Source of the DNA: Candidatus Absconditicoccus praedator
GTDB lineage: Bacteria; Patescibacteriota; Gracilibacteria; Absconditabacterales; Absconditicoccaceae
Length of the DNA: 32,000 bases
Reading direction: 5' to 3'
Assembly (NCBI RefSeq): GCF_021057185.1
Contig: NZ_CP054059.1
Span: 990,001-1,022,000, forward strand
The notes beneath the pieces were generated by a model. That model ran no database searches. It saw only the letters and a program-made list of their open reading frames with translations, and was not told the origin of the DNA. Below, piece after piece: positions 31,102-32,000 of the stretch (position 1 is the stretch's first letter; each line of letters starts with the position of its first letter). The translations under genes and the position numbers were made by a program.

Positions 31102-32000
31102 ATGAAAATAACCATAACAAGTGAAGAAGCTTGACAAAGATTTGATAGATTTCTTAGAAAATATCTTAAAAATTATGATATTACTCTTTCACAAATTTTT
31201 CAACTTATTAGAAAATGAAAAACAAAAGTAAACAACCAAAAAAAACCAAACAACTACAAAATAAATATTTGAGATCAAATATATATTCATCCAGAAATCA
31301 AAAAACTCAATCAAACAAAGCAAGAAAAAGTTAAAAACATAAATCAAACTTATATAAAACAATTAATCATATACGAGGATATTAATTGGATTTTTTTCAA
31401 CAAACCAGCCAAAACACCTACCCAATCTTGAACAAAACAAGAAAACAAAATCACCATGATAGACATTCTAAGAAGATACACAACATCAAAAAGCAAAACT
31501 TTTTCACCTATGTTTTGATTTAGATTGGATATAGACACCACAGGAATAATTGTAGCAGCCAAAAATTATAATGCACTCAAATACTTAAATCATATCATCA
31601 AACAAAGACAAACAGACAAAAAATATATTGCTATACTAAGTTGACATTTGGATGAAAAAATTACAGTCAAAAAAAACCTGTATAGAAAATACGACAAAAA
31701 AGTTTGAAAAGATCTAAGTTTTCCTGATGACAACTGAGATTATGCCAAAAGCATATTTGAACCAATCCAAAATCAACAAATTTACTGAGAAAACATCACA
31801 TTGGCTAAAGTAAAAATCATAACTTGAAGAATGCACCAAATAAGAGCTCATGCAAAATATATTTGAACACCTATAATTTGAGACTTATTATACTGAGAAC
31901 AAGCTACAAATAATCTGTTCCTAAAAAAACTTGGTATCAATAGACAACTTTTGCATTGTTATAAATATTCATTTTATGACAAATTCCAGGGCAAACAAAT
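31102..32000 (+). CDS. RluA-family pseudouridine synthase (RluC/RluD-like) with N-terminal S4 domain; 3' end lies outside the window
   Basis: ATG 31102. MKITITSEEAGQRFDRFLRKYL...VNNQK (S4-like), FGFRLDIDTTGIIVAAK (the HRLDxxTSG motif), and ITGRMHQIRAHAKYIGTPIIGD with TGA at the conserved Gly positions. Open to position 32000. Confidence 0.85.

Noticed and set aside
1-32000. The shredded standard-code ORF track could mean a heavily pseudogenised or low-quality region.
   Set aside because: Reading TGA as a sense codon restores full-length, motif-complete proteins for every housekeeping gene, with lengths divisible by 3 between clear ATG and TAA/TAG boundaries. Random decay would also produce TAA/TAG stops and frameshifts, and I saw neither.
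1-32000. Translation table 4 (UGA=Trp, Mycoplasma-like) as the explanation.
   Set aside because: TGA falls on invariant Gly positions: the P-loops of MiaA and YchF, SHMT GGHLTHG, and RluA-family GRMHQIR. Conserved Trp positions use TGG.
1-32000. A scan for CRISPR arrays, tRNA/rRNA genes, IS elements and integrases.
   Set aside because: I found no regularly spaced short repeats, no cloverleaf-sized GC-rich segments, and no transposase or recombinase-like translations in any frame I read. The only repeat family is the 20533-20837 / 25633-25933 pair.

Overview
This is an AT-rich bacterial segment, roughly 30% GC judged by eye. In the standard code it is unreadable, and the supplied ORF track is shredded. 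Reading UGA as glycine (translation table 25) resolves it into about 30 tightly packed, uninterrupted genes ending only in TAA or TAG. By inference this points to a Candidate Phyla Radiation lineage such as Absconditabacteria/SR1 or Gracilibacteria. All calls come from hand translation and motif memory; no database search was run.

Recognised genes:
- tex and serS
- an RND pump with a lipoprotein adaptor
- miaA and hemW
- the greA-folA-glyA cluster and hpf
- alaS (truncated) and ychF
- a TehA/SLAC1-type transporter
- an RluA-family pseudouridine synthase (partial at the window edge)
- envelope-associated proteins: DUF4012-like, divergent PAP2, and a degenerate MurI-like protein

Three things stand out:
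1. An orphan 3-gene operon at 21023-25470 encodes proteins of 83, 1094 and 298 aa. The 1094-aa protein is very acidic and carries a LysM domain plus hydrophobic Gly/Arg-rich segments. The operon is bracketed by two direct ~300-bp repeats, each carrying a copy of a 77-aa helical-protein gene. The distal copy is frameshifted in an A9 tract, and its edge coincides with a mid-domain truncation of alaS.
2. Four dispersed ORFs differ from every other gene here. They have no UGA codons and carry Shine-Dalgarno motifs, and at least two look modestly GC-richer. Three are followed by GC-rich hairpin terminators. One ends in UGA just before its terminator, so it would be a non-stop message in this code.
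3. A MurI-like protein appears to have lost both catalytic cysteines, and the efflux adaptor is unusually long (633 aa) and coiled-coil rich.

I saw no rRNA, tRNA, CRISPR array, transposase or integrase.
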